A DNA stretch of 62,672 nt, filler included. It is 9 parts of 9 records of this genome, joined end to end, with 100 filler letters (N's around TTAATTAATTAA, not from the genome) between each part and the next. Parts side by side here need not be neighbours in the genome. Positions count along the whole stretch, not along the records: positions 6,606 to 17,667 come from SRR31147125_59907; positions 17,768 to 23,198 come from SRR31147125_59918; 7 more parts are not named here. One strand, 5' to 3'. The position numbers and the translations under genes are program-made. The notes beneath the pieces were generated by a model that saw only the letters and a list, made by a program, of their open reading frames with translations, was not told the DNA's origin and did not search any database. Below are positions 9,448 to 20,025 of the stretch, piece after piece (position 1 is the first letter of the stretch; every line of letters starts with the position of its first letter).

Positions 9448-10434
9448 ATGAAAAAACTAATAACATTCCTACTAATTGCAATTACTGCCACAACTTTTGC
9501 TCAAAAACCAAAAGTATGGCTAATAAGCGACGGTGGCGAAAACATAAACGACCCCGATGATATTTCGGCAGTGGCCAGTTACATCCTCATGTCGAATCAC
9601 TTCAATACGCGGGCAATTGTAATAGCAAGTACGGTGCTTTTAAGAAATGCAAATACCTCAGACCAAGGCAAATGGGCCAAAGAAACCTATGGCTTAGCTT
9701 ATGCTGCTGACCTTTCCAACCTGAATAAATATATCGGTGGTTATCAGAATGAATTCCGTTTTCTGGAGTCTTCAGTAAAAGGAATGGGCGTAAATTTTCA
9801 ATGGGACAAATCGTACGATTTAAAAGATTATCCGAGTATTTTGGCTTTGTACAAAGAACTGGATAAAACAGACGACATTCTAAATGTTTTATGCTACGGA
9901 CCACTAACAGAGCAAGCTATTTTGGTAAGTTTCTGTATTGAAAACGACCGCCGGGATTTATTGGACAAAATCCGTTTTATCAGCCATTGGACCGATTCCA
10001 AATTTCACTATGGAACAAAAAACAATCCGAAAATAACTCATAACTGCGATGGTGACCCAAGTGCTTGTGCTTATATGAAAGAAATGGCTTTAAACGGACG
10101 GTTTGAGTTTTACGAATGTGGTGGAATTGGACAACATGGAATAGTTGAAGGAGGTCAGAAAGGACAAGAATATTACGACCAATTCTTTAAGAGTAATATG
10201 GGCACCATCTTCCGAAACGGCAAATTTGTAAAGAACCGGGTTGATGATTCAGACAGCGCAACCTACTGGGCATTGCTCGGAAATTGGGGCGTTGCTTTAA
10301 GCGATATTGCCAACAACGGCTTAAATTTTCAGGAAGTAGAAAAACGAAATGAAGATGCTTTTAGGCTTCGGGCAAATGATATGCGAAATGAATTGTTGCG
10401 ACGGTCCAATGCAGCAGCAGGAATAATCGAATAG
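9448..10434 (+). CDS. Secreted nucleoside-hydrolase-fold protein (DUF1593/Sde182-like), function unknown
   Basis: Signal peptide, then KPKVWLISD...DPDD Asp cluster and LCYGPLT, both typical of the IU-NH fold. Confidence 0.65.
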   Translation: MKKLITFLLIAITATTFAQKPKVWLISDGGENINDPDDISAVASYILMSNHFNTRAIVIASTVLLRNANTSDQGKWAKETYGLAYAADLSNLNKYIGGYQNEFRFLESSVKGMGVNFQWDKSYDLKDYPSILALYKELDKTDDILNVLCYGPLTEQAILVSFCIENDRRDLLDKIRFISHWTDSKFHYGTKNNPKITHNCDGDPSACAYMKEMALNGRFEFYECGGIGQHGIVEGGQKGQEYYDQFFKSNMGTIFRNGKFVKNRVDDSDSATYWALLGNWGVALSDIANNGLNFQEVEKRNEDAFRLRANDMRNELLRRSNAAAGIIE

Positions 10435-10460
10435 TAGAAAACGAATAAAAGAATATAGAA

Positions 10461-11732
10461 ATGAAAAATTTAATAGTTTTTACACTGATGGCATTTGTTT
10501 TATTCTCATGCCAACCACAAAAGAAACAAGAGGCTGCTAACGAAGCACCAAAAGAACAAGGCGGTTTTCCGTTTGTTCTCCCAAAAGAAAAACCAAACCG
10601 CGAAATGAGTGCGGCAATGGAGCGTATTTACACCGATTACGAAGCACCTCAACCACAAGACAACGAACTGTTCAGCCAGTTTAAATATACCGAACTGAAA
10701 GGTTTTGATTACAATGGTCACGATGGAACAATTTCGCGCCGCGACCCATCGAAAACCATCTTCCACAATGGTAAATATTACGTTTGGTACACCTATCGAA
10801 ATACGCCAACTCCACCGCAAGGAGCTGAGAAATGTACCGACGAAATTCCATCGTCAGACTGGGATTTGGCAGAAATTTGGTATGCAACATCGGAAGATGG
10901 TTTTACATGGGAGGAGCAAGGCGTAGCCATTAAGCGTCCCGAAAAACCAACAGTTGGCTGGCGTGCAGTTACCACAACCGATATTTTGGAGTGGGAAGGC
11001 AAATATTACCTCTACTACCAGGGATTTATGGAAGCCAGTGGTAAACGCGGCGACGATTGTCCGGTGGCAGTTTCGTGGGCCGACTCACCTGATGGACCGT
11101 GGACTCCGTACAACAAAATTGTAATTCCGAATGGTGCAGAAGGCGAATGGGACCAATATTCCATTCACGACCCGTATCCGCTGGTTCACGAAGGCAAAAT
11201 TTATATTTATTACAAATCAGACTTTGGCAAAAAACCACATTTGGTGCGTATGCAAGGCCTTGCAATTGCCGACAATCCACTTGGGCCTTTCAAAAAACAC
11301 CCTTTAAATCCTGTTATAACATCAGGTCACGAAACGTCACTGTTTCCGTTTAGGGGTGGGGTAGCCGCATTGGTTTACAAAGATGGACCCGAGCACAACA
11401 CCATTCAATACGCCGAAGACTGGGTGAATTTTAAAATCGCATCTATTACAGAATTAATGCCTTACGCAGCGGCACCGCACGTTCCCGATGCATTTACCAA
11501 TACCACCAATGGTCGTGGAATTACCTGGGGAACGGCACATTTTATTAACTATAACAACGACTGGGGCACTTTCCATTCGGTACTTACCCGTTTCGATTGC
11601 GATTTAAGTCTTGATGTACACGACCCTGTAATGAAAGAGCACCGTGTAAAACATACACCGGCAGAATTCTACCGTCAGGGATTGAGTCCAAAACAGATGG
11701 AGCGAATTGCTGCGGAGAATAAAAATAAATAA
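10461..11732 (+). CDS. GH117 alpha-3,6-anhydro-L-galactosidase (neoagarooligosaccharide hydrolase), lipoprotein
   Basis: SAAMER (SxAxxR signature), RRDPS, WDLAEIWYATS, HDP and SGHE motifs; LFSC lipobox. Confidence 0.92.
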   Translation: MKNLIVFTLMAFVLFSCQPQKKQEAANEAPKEQGGFPFVLPKEKPNREMSAAMERIYTDYEAPQPQDNELFSQFKYTELKGFDYNGHDGTISRRDPSKTIFHNGKYYVWYTYRNTPTPPQGAEKCTDEIPSSDWDLAEIWYATSEDGFTWEEQGVAIKRPEKPTVGWRAVTTTDILEWEGKYYLYYQGFMEASGKRGDDCPVAVSWADSPDGPWTPYNKIVIPNGAEGEWDQYSIHDPYPLVHEGKIYIYYKSDFGKKPHLVRMQGLAIADNPLGPFKKHPLNPVITSGHETSLFPFRGGVAALVYKDGPEHNTIQYAEDWVNFKIASITELMPYAAAPHVPDAFTNTTNGRGITWGTAHFINYNNDWGTFHSVLTRFDCDLSLDVHDPVMKEHRVKHTPAEFYRQGLSPKQMERIAAENKNK

Positions 11733-11748
11733 ATTAACAATAATCTCG

Positions 11749-11886
11749 ACCCTTTTGCCTGTCGGCATTTTCCCTTACGAAGGGAAAACAGTTGAATGAA
11801 AAGCTGATAAACTTTGTTGTTTGGCAGTTAGACGATTAGAGAGTTCTCCCCTCTACATGAGGGGAGATGGCTACAGCCAGAGGGGT
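11749..11886. repeat. Intergenic imperfect inverted-repeat element (REP/MITE-like)
   Basis: ACCCTTTTGCCTGTCGGCATTTTCCCTT ... AGGGGAGATGGCTACAGCCAGAGGGGT, with internal hairpins TTTTCCCTT/AAGGGAAAA and TCTCCCCTC/GAGGGGAGA. Confidence 0.55.
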
Positions 11887-11921
11887 ATAGAAAAACGAAC
11901 CTAACTTTTATAAAAAACACC

Positions 11922-13319
11922 ATGAAACTTAAAAACACAATACTATTATTCCTCGGAGTAATCGCATTCATTGGAATAAACGCACAGGACAAACCCAACA
12001 TAATTTTGCTATTCTCCGATGATGCCGGTTACGGAGATTTTGGTTTTCAGGGAAGTAAAACATTTAAAACGCCAAATTTGGACAAACTGGCCAGCGAAGG
12101 TGTTGTATTTCGTCAGGCGTATGTAACTGCGGCAGTTTGTGGGCCGTCGCGTGCAGGCTTGTTAACCGGGCAATACCAGCAACGATTTGGAATCGAAGAG
12201 AATAATGTTCCCGGATATATGAGCCATTCTTCTAAATATTTAGGTGATGAAATGGGCTTACCAACGCATTTACCCACGGTTGCCAATTACTTAAACGAAT
12301 TGGGATATACTTCTGCAATTTTAGGAAAATGGCATTTAGGCGGGGCCGATCGTTATCATCCGCTGAAACGTGGTTTCGACGAGTTTTACGGTTTCCGCGG
12401 CGGCGCACGCAGCTACTACGAACTTACCGAAGCTGAAAAAGCGAAAAAGCCTGAAGACAGATTGGAACGTGGATTTAGAAATTATCAGGAACACGAAGGT
12501 TATTTAACTGAAAGGCTGGCCGACGAAGCTTGCGATTTTATAACACGAAATAAGGAAAAACCATTCTTTTTATACTTGTCGTTTAATGCCGTTCATACGC
12601 CAATGCAAGCCCGCGATAAATATCTGGCAAAGGTGAAAGGTTTAACAGGAAAACGAAAAACACTGGCAGCAATGACACTCGCTTTTGACGATGCATGTGG
12701 TCAGGTTTTAGATAAGCTAAAAGAACTGGGGCTGGATGAAAATACACTGGTTGTTTTTGCAAACGATAATGGTGGACCAACAGACTCAAACGGCTCGTGC
12801 AATTACCCATTAAGTGGCACAAAAGCCAATCATTTAGAAGGTGGTATTCGTGTGCCATGTATTATGCGTTTTCCAAATTTAATTGATAAAGGAACAAGTT
12901 ATAATTACCCGGTAAGTACGCTCGATTTCCTGCCAACATTTGTTGAAATGGCTGGTGGAAAAACAGATACAATCAAGGGAATTGATGGTGTTGATTTGAT
13001 TCCTTTTGTTACAGGGAAAAATACATCGCGACCACACGAAATGTTGTTCTGGAAAAAGGAAAACCGCGGTGTAATCCGCAAAGGCGATTATAAATTGTTG
13101 CGTTTCCCCGACCGACCTGCAGAGTTGTACAATATTGCAAAAGATGAAAGTGAACAAAATAACTTGGCTTACAAACAACCGGAACGGGTAAAAGAAATGT
13201 ACAAATTACTTTTTGAGTGGGAAAAAGGTCTGGAACGCCCAATGTGGATGTTGGATCGTTTCTACGAGGGAAAAGCCATGGACCGTATGGATAAGTACCG
13301 TGAGCAGGTTAAGGATTAA
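11922..13319 (+). CDS. Formylglycine-dependent sulfatase (family S1), secreted
   Basis: [21 protein letters not shown] (CxPxR), GKWHLG and NDNGG motifs. Confidence 0.95.
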   Translation: MKLKNTILLFLGVIAFIGINAQDKPNIILLFSDDAGYGDFGFQGSKTFKTPNLDKLASEGVVFRQAYVTAAVCGPSRAGLLTGQYQQRFGIEENNVPGYMSHSSKYLGDEMGLPTHLPTVANYLNELGYTSAILGKWHLGGADRYHPLKRGFDEFYGFRGGARSYYELTEAEKAKKPEDRLERGFRNYQEHEGYLTERLADEACDFITRNKEKPFFLYLSFNAVHTPMQARDKYLAKVKGLTGKRKTLAAMTLAFDDACGQVLDKLKELGLDENTLVVFANDNGGPTDSNGSCNYPLSGTKANHLEGGIRVPCIMRFPNLIDKGTSYNYPVSTLDFLPTFVEMAGGKTDTIKGIDGVDLIPFVTGKNTSRPHEMLFWKKENRGVIRKGDYKLLRFPDRPAELYNIAKDESEQNNLAYKQPERVKEMYKLLFEWEKGLERPMWMLDRFYEGKAMDRMDKYREQVKD

Positions 13320-13350
13320 ACATGTTATCGCCCTTACCGCCAACGAAAGG

Positions 13351-13496
13351 TTTTGCACCGTGGCTTTAGCCCGGTGAGAAAATGAGAAATACGATAGGCT
13401 TTAGCCATTAATTATTGGTGGGTAAAAACAGAAATTAAATGCTAAAGCCTTTAAAATAATGATTACTGGCACGCCAAGCTAAAGCATGGCGCAAAA
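13351..13496. repeat. Nested inverted-repeat element (REPIN/MITE-like)
   Basis: Termini TTTTGCACCGTGGCTTTAGC and GCTAAAGCATGGCGCAAAA; inner pair GGCTTTAGC and GCTAAAGCC. Confidence 0.6.
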
Positions 13497-13592
13497 TTTA
13501 GAATTTTTCATCGCCTGATTTTAGTCAATCAGATGGATAATTGTAAAGAAAATATATTGACAATATGCTATTCACAAGATAAAAAAAGACTT

Positions 13593-16334
13593 ATGCGCTA
13601 TACTGTTTTCATAGTTTTATGTTTAGGTTTGTTCATTAATACAAACGCCGAAACAGTCCACGTTTATTCAACCGAAATTCCATGGAGTTCAGAATCAGTC
13701 GCTACAGAAACCGGAAAAATTTATTCAATAAACGAAGCGATAAGTCAGGCAAATGAAGGCGACAGTATTATAATTCACGAGGGAATCTATCGTGAAAAGA
13801 TTACCGTAACCAAGAACAATCTGGTTTTCCAAAACTATAACAACGCCTACGTGCTGGTAACCGGTACCGATGTTGTAACGGGGTGGACCGAAGCTGCCGA
13901 CATGGCCGATGGAATTGTTGAAGCCGATATTTCGGGTTTAAATATTGAAACGGATTACACTCAACTTTTTGCCAATGGTGAAAGTCAGATGATGGCCCGC
14001 CACCCGAACAATATAACCGGTAATATGATGGACCCCATGAACCCGCAAAGTGGTTATGCCTTGCTAAGCAATGTGTATAAAGATGCCGGGGCAGGTGCAA
14101 ACGGCTATGCAACATTTGAAGCTACTACACTGCCCGATGTTGATTTAACGGGCGGTATTTTTCGTGGAATGACAGGAAAAATGCGGAACTACGTTTATGG
14201 AACGATTTCAGCATCATTGGGAAATTCGGTAACATTTACAGCTATTAACAACGGAGTTTGGAAAAACGAAGCTGCCATTAGTAATACACAGCATAAATTT
14301 AGCTGGGGCTTTGCCATGCACAAAAACCTGATTGATGTACCAGGTGAATGGTTTGCTGATAATAACAAATTATATTTCATGCCCCCTGAGGGAACTGACA
14401 TGGATTCAATTCGTATTGAAATTCAGGTTCGTGAAAGAGTTTTGGTATTGAACAATACTTCGGGAATTACCATAAAAGGAATCAATTTTATTGCCGGAAA
14501 TGTTGATATGCAAAACACGAACAGTGCCACTATCGAAGCCTGTACCATACGTCATCTTCATCCTTTCTGGACTCCAAAGGGTTACGGGCAAAACGATACA
14601 GATCCTAAAGGGATTTACCTTTCCAATAGTTCCGGCAATACATTTAAAGATAACTACGTTGCCCATTCGTGGGGCAATATGTTTGCATTGCGCGATGGCG
14701 AGAATAACAGTTTTCAGAATTGTATTATAAAAGATTTTGGCTGGGTTGGTGTTTTTACTTCAGCAATTCATATTAATGAAAGCGATAATACGAACCTAAA
14801 CAACTGTACATTTGGCGATGCCGGTAGGTTTCAGGTACGAATTGATGGCGGCGATGCAAAAGTAAATATCCTTGACTGCGATTTTTATGGAGCCATGAAA
14901 ATGGGCGAAGATGCCGGCCCCATTGAAGCAACCAGTACCGGTAGAATTGGTGCATTAAACCTGAAAGGAAGCGAAATTGCCTACAATAAAATTCACGATG
15001 TAAAAGGTGTTCCCGTTTCTGATGGAAATTATAAAAGGGTGAAAGCCACTGCTTTTTATATGGAAGACACTGAAAATTATACGGCCCATCATAATCTGAT
15101 TTACAATATCAAACACGAGGGATATGAAGGACCTTATGAGATTGAGAAAGTAGGGGAGTTCCTGTACTTGGGACCACGCTACAATCCCATGTATAATCCT
15201 GTAAATTATTACAACAACACCATTTGGAATGTAGATGAAAATATTGGAATCTGGAACATTGAAATAGACAATTGGGAAGAGCTGGGTTTAACTCCACCCG
15301 ATACAACCGGATTTATGAAAGACGGGCATTTTGCCAACAATATTTTTATGAACGGACCGGGGTATAAAATGAGCTATAACCGACAGGTACTAACCAGCAC
15401 CGGGGGAAAAGTTGACTGGGCCAGCAGTCCCGAAGGGGCAAGTATTCAAACCGAGGATTTCAGTGAATATACAACGCATTGTGCTGAATGGGGCTATCAA
15501 TTCAATCCCGAAAACAACCAGTTTTTCGACTTTGCCGATGCTGCAAATAACTTTGTTGATGCAGACAATGGCGACTTTAGTTTGGTAGACGGTTCGGAGG
15601 CTATCGGAGCAGGAACCGTTATAGAAGGATATACAAGTTCTGCCACTCCCGATTGTGGCGCGCTGGAAGGAGGCAACCGTGTTTTAAATGCAGGAGCAAA
15701 CATTACAATTCCTGAATTTAAAGAAGAAGGAACCAACTCTATTCCCGAAACAGAATGGATAAAATATGTTGATTTCCCCGTGGAGTTTCTCGATACCACC
15801 ACCGTTTTCAATTTAAAAGTTGCTTATAATGTTTTTGCTGAACGAGATATTGTCATATCGCTCCGTAGCCCTGAAGACAACTATTTGTTCCAGGGAAGAA
15901 AAACGGTTCAGGCAGGTAATGATACCGTAACAATAACAGTAGTAGCTGAACAAGCTCAGCCCATAGCTAATAACTATATTTTTATGGCAGCACTCCGCCC
16001 CAAAGGTGGTGCGTGGAATGAGAATATTTTTACGCAGACATTAACTTCCGATATTGTTGCAATCTACACTTCTGTAAAAGAAATTATCAAAGATGTTTCG
16101 TTAACGGTTTATCCGAATCCGGCCAGTCATGCCGTTACTGTCAAAGGGCTGGATTCAAATACCGATGACATTCTCTTAAACATTTATTCGCTAAGCGGGA
16201 ATACGGTTTATACAGAATATTGCAGTCAAATGGGAGGTGAATTGAAAATAGATATTTCAAAACTTTCCAACGGAATGTATTTTCTCGCTCTGGATAAGTA
16301 TCCAAATCAGAAATTAAAATTCATAAAAAAATAG
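13593..16334 (+). CDS. Right-handed parallel beta-helix protein with an accessory beta-rich module and a T9SS C-terminal domain
   Basis: Likely start MRYTVF (signal peptide), GDSIIIHEGIYRE, ARHPN, DVPGEWF, Asn-ladder repeats; C-terminal VYPNP...LSNGMYFL...KFIKK. Confidence 0.85.
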   Translation: MRYTVFIVLCLGLFINTNAETVHVYSTEIPWSSESVATETGKIYSINEAISQANEGDSIIIHEGIYREKITVTKNNLVFQNYNNAYVLVTGTDVVTGWTEAADMADGIVEADISGLNIETDYTQLFANGESQMMARHPNNITGNMMDPMNPQSGYALLSNVYKDAGAGANGYATFEATTLPDVDLTGGIFRGMTGKMRNYVYGTISASLGNSVTFTAINNGVWKNEAAISNTQHKFSWGFAMHKNLIDVPGEWFADNNKLYFMPPEGTDMDSIRIEIQVRERVLVLNNTSGITIKGINFIAGNVDMQNTNSATIEACTIRHLHPFWTPKGYGQNDTDPKGIYLSNSSGNTFKDNYVAHSWGNMFALRDGENNSFQNCIIKDFGWVGVFTSAIHINESDNTNLNNCTFGDAGRFQVRIDGGDAKVNILDCDFYGAMKMGEDAGPIEATSTGRIGALNLKGSEIAYNKIHDVKGVPVSDGNYKRVKATAFYMEDTENYTAHHNLIYNIKHEGYEGPYEIEKVGEFLYLGPRYNPMYNPVNYYNNTIWNVDENIGIWNIEIDNWEELGLTPPDTTGFMKDGHFANNIFMNGPGYKMSYNRQVLTSTGGKVDWASSPEGASIQTEDFSEYTTHCAEWGYQFNPENNQFFDFADAANNFVDADNGDFSLVDGSEAIGAGTVIEGYTSSATPDCGALEGGNRVLNAGANITIPEFKEEGTNSIPETEWIKYVDFPVEFLDTTTVFNLKVAYNVFAERDIVISLRSPEDNYLFQGRKTVQAGNDTVTITVVAEQAQPIANNYIFMAALRPKGGAWNENIFTQTLTSDIVAIYTSVKEIIKDVSLTVYPNPASHAVTVKGLDSNTDDILLNIYSLSGNTVYTEYCSQMGGELKIDISKLSNGMYFLALDKYPNQKLKFIKK

Positions 16335-16351
16335 AATTATACCTAAGGACT

Positions 16352-16383
16352 TTCAGCTGCCGACTCTAAGTTCGGCTGCTGAA
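16352..16383 (+). terminator. Intergenic hairpin (terminator or mRNA-stabilising stem)
   Basis: TTCAGCTGCCGA / TCGGCTGCTGAA stem. Confidence 0.5.
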
Positions 16384-16429
16384 TTTTAAAATAGCATAAT
16401 AAGCAAAAAACATCAAATACTAACCAATA

Positions 16430-17667
16430 ATGAAACAATCAATTTTCACCAAAACTATCCTATCAGCTTTAGTACTTTGTCTAACTCTAAGCACATACGC
16501 AAATAAAAATGTAAACCAGCGCCCCAACATAATCCTAATCAACATCGACGACATGGGATATGGCGACCCATCGTGTTATGGAGGCAAACTATTTGAAACA
16601 CCAAATATCGACCGTTTAGCTGAAGAGGGGATAAAGTTTACAGATGGTTACGTAAGCGCCCCGGTTTGCTCGCCAAGCCGACACGGATTACTTACAGGAA
16701 CCTACCAGCAACGTTTTGGTATACAGTGGAATCACGACACCTGGACTGTAAAACATCGCGAGGAAGAACGTGTTGTTCCCATTGAGCATCAACACATTGA
16801 CCAGGCGTTTAAGGCTGCTGGCTACGTAACAGCAATGGCCGGTAAAATAAACATGGAAGACTACCCGAATACAACTTTCGATTATGAGTATTCGCTAACT
16901 GCATCCGGCTGCCATTTCTTCCCCGATGAAAATGGAAATTATGCTGGAGTTGATGGAGCTAAAAAACCCAAAAGTGGTTGGATAAGAATGCAATGGGGCC
17001 CCGAGCGCAAGGGTGATGAGTACCTTACCGACCGTTGCGGGCGACAGTGTATCGAATTTATAGATGCAAACAAGGAGAAACCTTTCTTTTTCTACCTGGC
17101 TTTTAACGCGGTACACACCCCACTTCATGCTAAAAAAGCCGATAAATCACGTGTTGCGCACATAAAATCGGAAGCCATGAAATTGTATGCAGCCATGGCT
17201 TTGGCCATCGACGATAACGTTGGGCGAATTATCGATTATCTTGAAAAAGAAAACATGCGCGAGAATACTATAATTGTTTTGGTAAGCGACAATGGACCGG
17301 CAAATCCAATTCACCTGCGTATTCCAGATTGGTGGCCCAAAAATACTCCCTATCATTTGTTGGGGCAACGAGGTCCACTCTCTGGTTTTAAAGGCAATTT
17401 TTGGGAAGCCGGAATTCGTATTCCATATATTATTAGTTGTCCCAGAACTTTTGAGCAGGGCAAAGAATACAACAAACCTGTTAGCACACTCGACCTTTAC
17501 CCAACTTTATGTGCCGCAGCCGATGTAAAACTTCCTGAAAACACCCAACTCGATGGTGTAAATTTGATGCCGTATTTAAAAGGGAATTACAATGAAGATC
17601 CGCACAAAGCACTATTCTGGTATGCCAACCGAATGGGAGCTGCGCGCATGGGAAAATGGAAATACCT
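16430..17667 (+). CDS. Formylglycine-dependent sulfatase (family S1), 3'-truncated
   Basis: PNIILINIDD, CSPSRHGLLTG, SDNG and WEAGIRIP motifs. Confidence 0.93.
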
Positions 17668-17767
17668 NNNNNNNNNNNNNNNNNNNNNNNNNNNNNNNNN
17701 NNNNNNNNNNNTTAATTAATTAANNNNNNNNNNNNNNNNNNNNNNNNNNNNNNNNNNNNNNNNNNNN
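17668..17767. other. Artificial contig spacer
   Basis: N44-TTAATTAATTAA-N44. Confidence 0.98.
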
Positions 17768-18410
17768 GGGTATGATAATATCTAATCACACATTGAAGGG
17801 CGGATGGGAAGTTCCATTTTTTTGCTATTAGTGCGCCCACCTGGGTGTGATCAAAACCCAGAACTTGACGTTCAGCGGCCATGAACGTCAATCCTTGAGA
17901 TTTCACGCGGCCAAGGATTTGTTCCTTTACCGACAGTACGTGGGGATCCATTATCACCTTGCCAATATCACGCAACAGAGCACCGGTAAAAGATAAGCCG
18001 CTCTGTTTCACGCCCTTGATTTCAGACAGGTCGGTTGCCATTATCGCAGCGGACACGGCATTTTTCCACAAGTCGCCACTGGCCAATTGGTATCCGTCGT
18101 GAACCCCGTTAAACGGCTCTGAGCAACAAACCAACAAAACCAATTCAACTACCTGCGTCATGCCCAAATAAACAATGGCTTGTTTTACATCCTCAATCTT
18201 TCCTGGCAATCCAAAATAGGCCGAGTTGGCTAATTTAAGCACATTGGTGGTCAACGCAGGCTCATACCGAATAATGTCGACCAAATCGGACAACCCACTG
18301 TCCGGATCATCCAAAAGAGACATTACTTTTCCGGCGACATCAGACACGGGGGCTAAATGATCAATTTCTTCGACAAGGGCTTCGAGTGTGGCCATCGATT
18401 CTTTTTTCAC
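17768..18410 (-). CDS. HDOD-domain protein, 3'-truncated
   Basis: EPALTTNVLKLANSAYFG, ALLRDIGK (the usual HD reads RD), GFDHTQVG...WNFP. Confidence 0.9.
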
Positions 18411-18449
18411 TTTCTCCAGTTGAATATACTGGTGATAGGTTGCCTATTT

Positions 18450-18869
18450 TTAACCGATATGGTGGGCCATCAGTTCTCGGAGTTCTTTTTTTAGCTTCTG
18501 ATCGAGTTTTTCAAATCGTAAAACTGCCCTTTTCGACGAGTTTTTCTTTGTCCCCCGCTCTCGATCAGAAGACAACGTCAGGTCCGAAAAAGGAATATTG
18601 TGCAGGTAAAGTCCCCGCTCGGTCATCAACAGATCGAGTTCCACGTCACCGGTAGCCGGAAAATGACTGTTTACTATCTCAAAGGCAATCCCCCCCAAAC
18701 TCATATTGGCGACCTGCCCCATCATTTGCGTATCCGACTTGTAGAGGACCATGGCGATCTCTCCGATGCTCATCCGCCTATAATTATGCAGTTGATCCAA
18801 TTCGTTTCTCAAAATAGCAAAGGTGCCACGCGGCATGGAATAACGCTTATACTTTCGACGTTCAATCAT
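18450..18869 (-). CDS. PilZ-domain protein (c-di-GMP receptor)
   Basis: ERRKYKR (RxxxR) and NMSLGG ([DN]xSxxG) motifs. Confidence 0.8.
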   Translation of the reverse strand: MIERRKYKRYSMPRGTFAILRNELDQLHNYRRMSIGEIAMVLYKSDTQMMGQVANMSLGGIAFEIVNSHFPATGDVELDLLMTERGLYLHNIPFSDLTLSSDRERGTKKNSSKRAVLRFEKLDQKLKKELRELMAHHIG

Positions 18870-18953
18870 GCAGTCCTCGTTTAATGGTTACTATTGTTTA
18901 AGAAGCAAATGCGGTGCACTAACCTTGCCCGTGAATTGCTTTTTGCAATTTTA

Positions 18954-18969
18954 TGCAAAATAAACGCCA
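18954..18969 (-). promoter_or_regulatory. Putative sigma54 -24/-12 promoter for PilZ-HDOD
   Basis: TGGCGT-TTATT-TTGCA with GG-N10-GC spacing, about 85 nt upstream of the PilZ start. Confidence 0.55.
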
Positions 18970-19284
18970 ATCGCGCCAGAGAAGCTGACGCCGAACGGGA
19001 AACAAAGCCCATTTGCTTACTTACTTTTTTCTATTTTAAAAAATCGCAATTTGCCTGAAACCAAACGGTTTCAACTTTTGAGGAGTTCTGATGCATATTC
19101 GTTGGCTTGTTAAGCATCCTGCCTTGCTGCCATACCTGACAGCATCGCGATTGGATATCGGGCTTCGCAAATGAACAAAAAATTGGCGGTTGTGACGGTT
19201 TTTTGAAGTGAGTCGATAATTCCAGGATAGGCAGCACCGTATTTGCACCGGAAACCTGATTGAGGTGCGCTCGTATCATGATCA

Positions 19285-20025
19285 TTACAAAACGCGAGCC
19301 AACACGACGGTTACATTGTCTTTTCCTCCGGCCACCTTTGCCAAGGCAATCAAATTATCTGATTTATCACGTAAGGGGCGATCATCGGTTAAAATACTCA
19401 AAATATCATGGTTATCAATCATATCCGTCAATCCATCACTACACAATAAAAACAAATCCCCTGTATTTTTTCTTCCCTTGAGCAGGTCTATGGTTATTGC
19501 ATCACCGACACCGACAGCTCTTAGAATCACGTTGCGCTTGGCATGCCGACGGGCTTCTTGCAAGGAAATGAGTCCCTGATCCAGCTGGTCCTGAACCAGT
19601 GAATGGTCTTTTGTCAGTTGTTTTAACCCGTTGCTTTTAAGTCGATACGTTCTGGAATCACCAACGTGCCCAATAACAAACCCGTTGCTGGAGAATGCCA
19701 ACAACTCGGCTGTGCACCCCATTCCATGATCACGGGGATTGTGCCGGACGTGTTCAAGGATTTTTTTGTTGGCCAGCCTGAAAGTGGTCTGCACCAAAGC
19801 GATGGCATCCGTCTCGGACCGACCATTATCCCCGTGAAAAACCGATTTCGCCGTATCTGCAAAAATTTGGCTGGCCACTTCCCCGGCAGCAGCGCCCCCC
19901 ATACCATCGGCAACCAGACAATAGTGGCAGCGCCTGCTGACATGGTAGATATCCTCATTATTGGACCGGATATTCCCGACATCAGTGGCGCCATGATATA
20001 TAACCATGGGCAAATCCTGAGACAC
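19285..20025 (-). CDS. PP2C-type Ser/Thr phosphatase (Stp1/PrpC family)
   Basis: NNED, VADGMGG, HVGDSR, LCSDGL and GGKDNVT motifs. Confidence 0.95.
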   Translation of the reverse strand: MSQDLPMVIYHGATDVGNIRSNNEDIYHVSRRCHYCLVADGMGGAAAGEVASQIFADTAKSVFHGDNGRSETDAIALVQTTFRLANKKILEHVRHNPRDHGMGCTAELLAFSSNGFVIGHVGDSRTYRLKSNGLKQLTKDHSLVQDQLDQGLISLQEARRHAKRNVILRAVGVGDAITIDLLKGRKNTGDLFLLCSDGLTDMIDNHDILSILTDDRPLRDKSDNLIALAKVAGGKDNVTVVLARVL

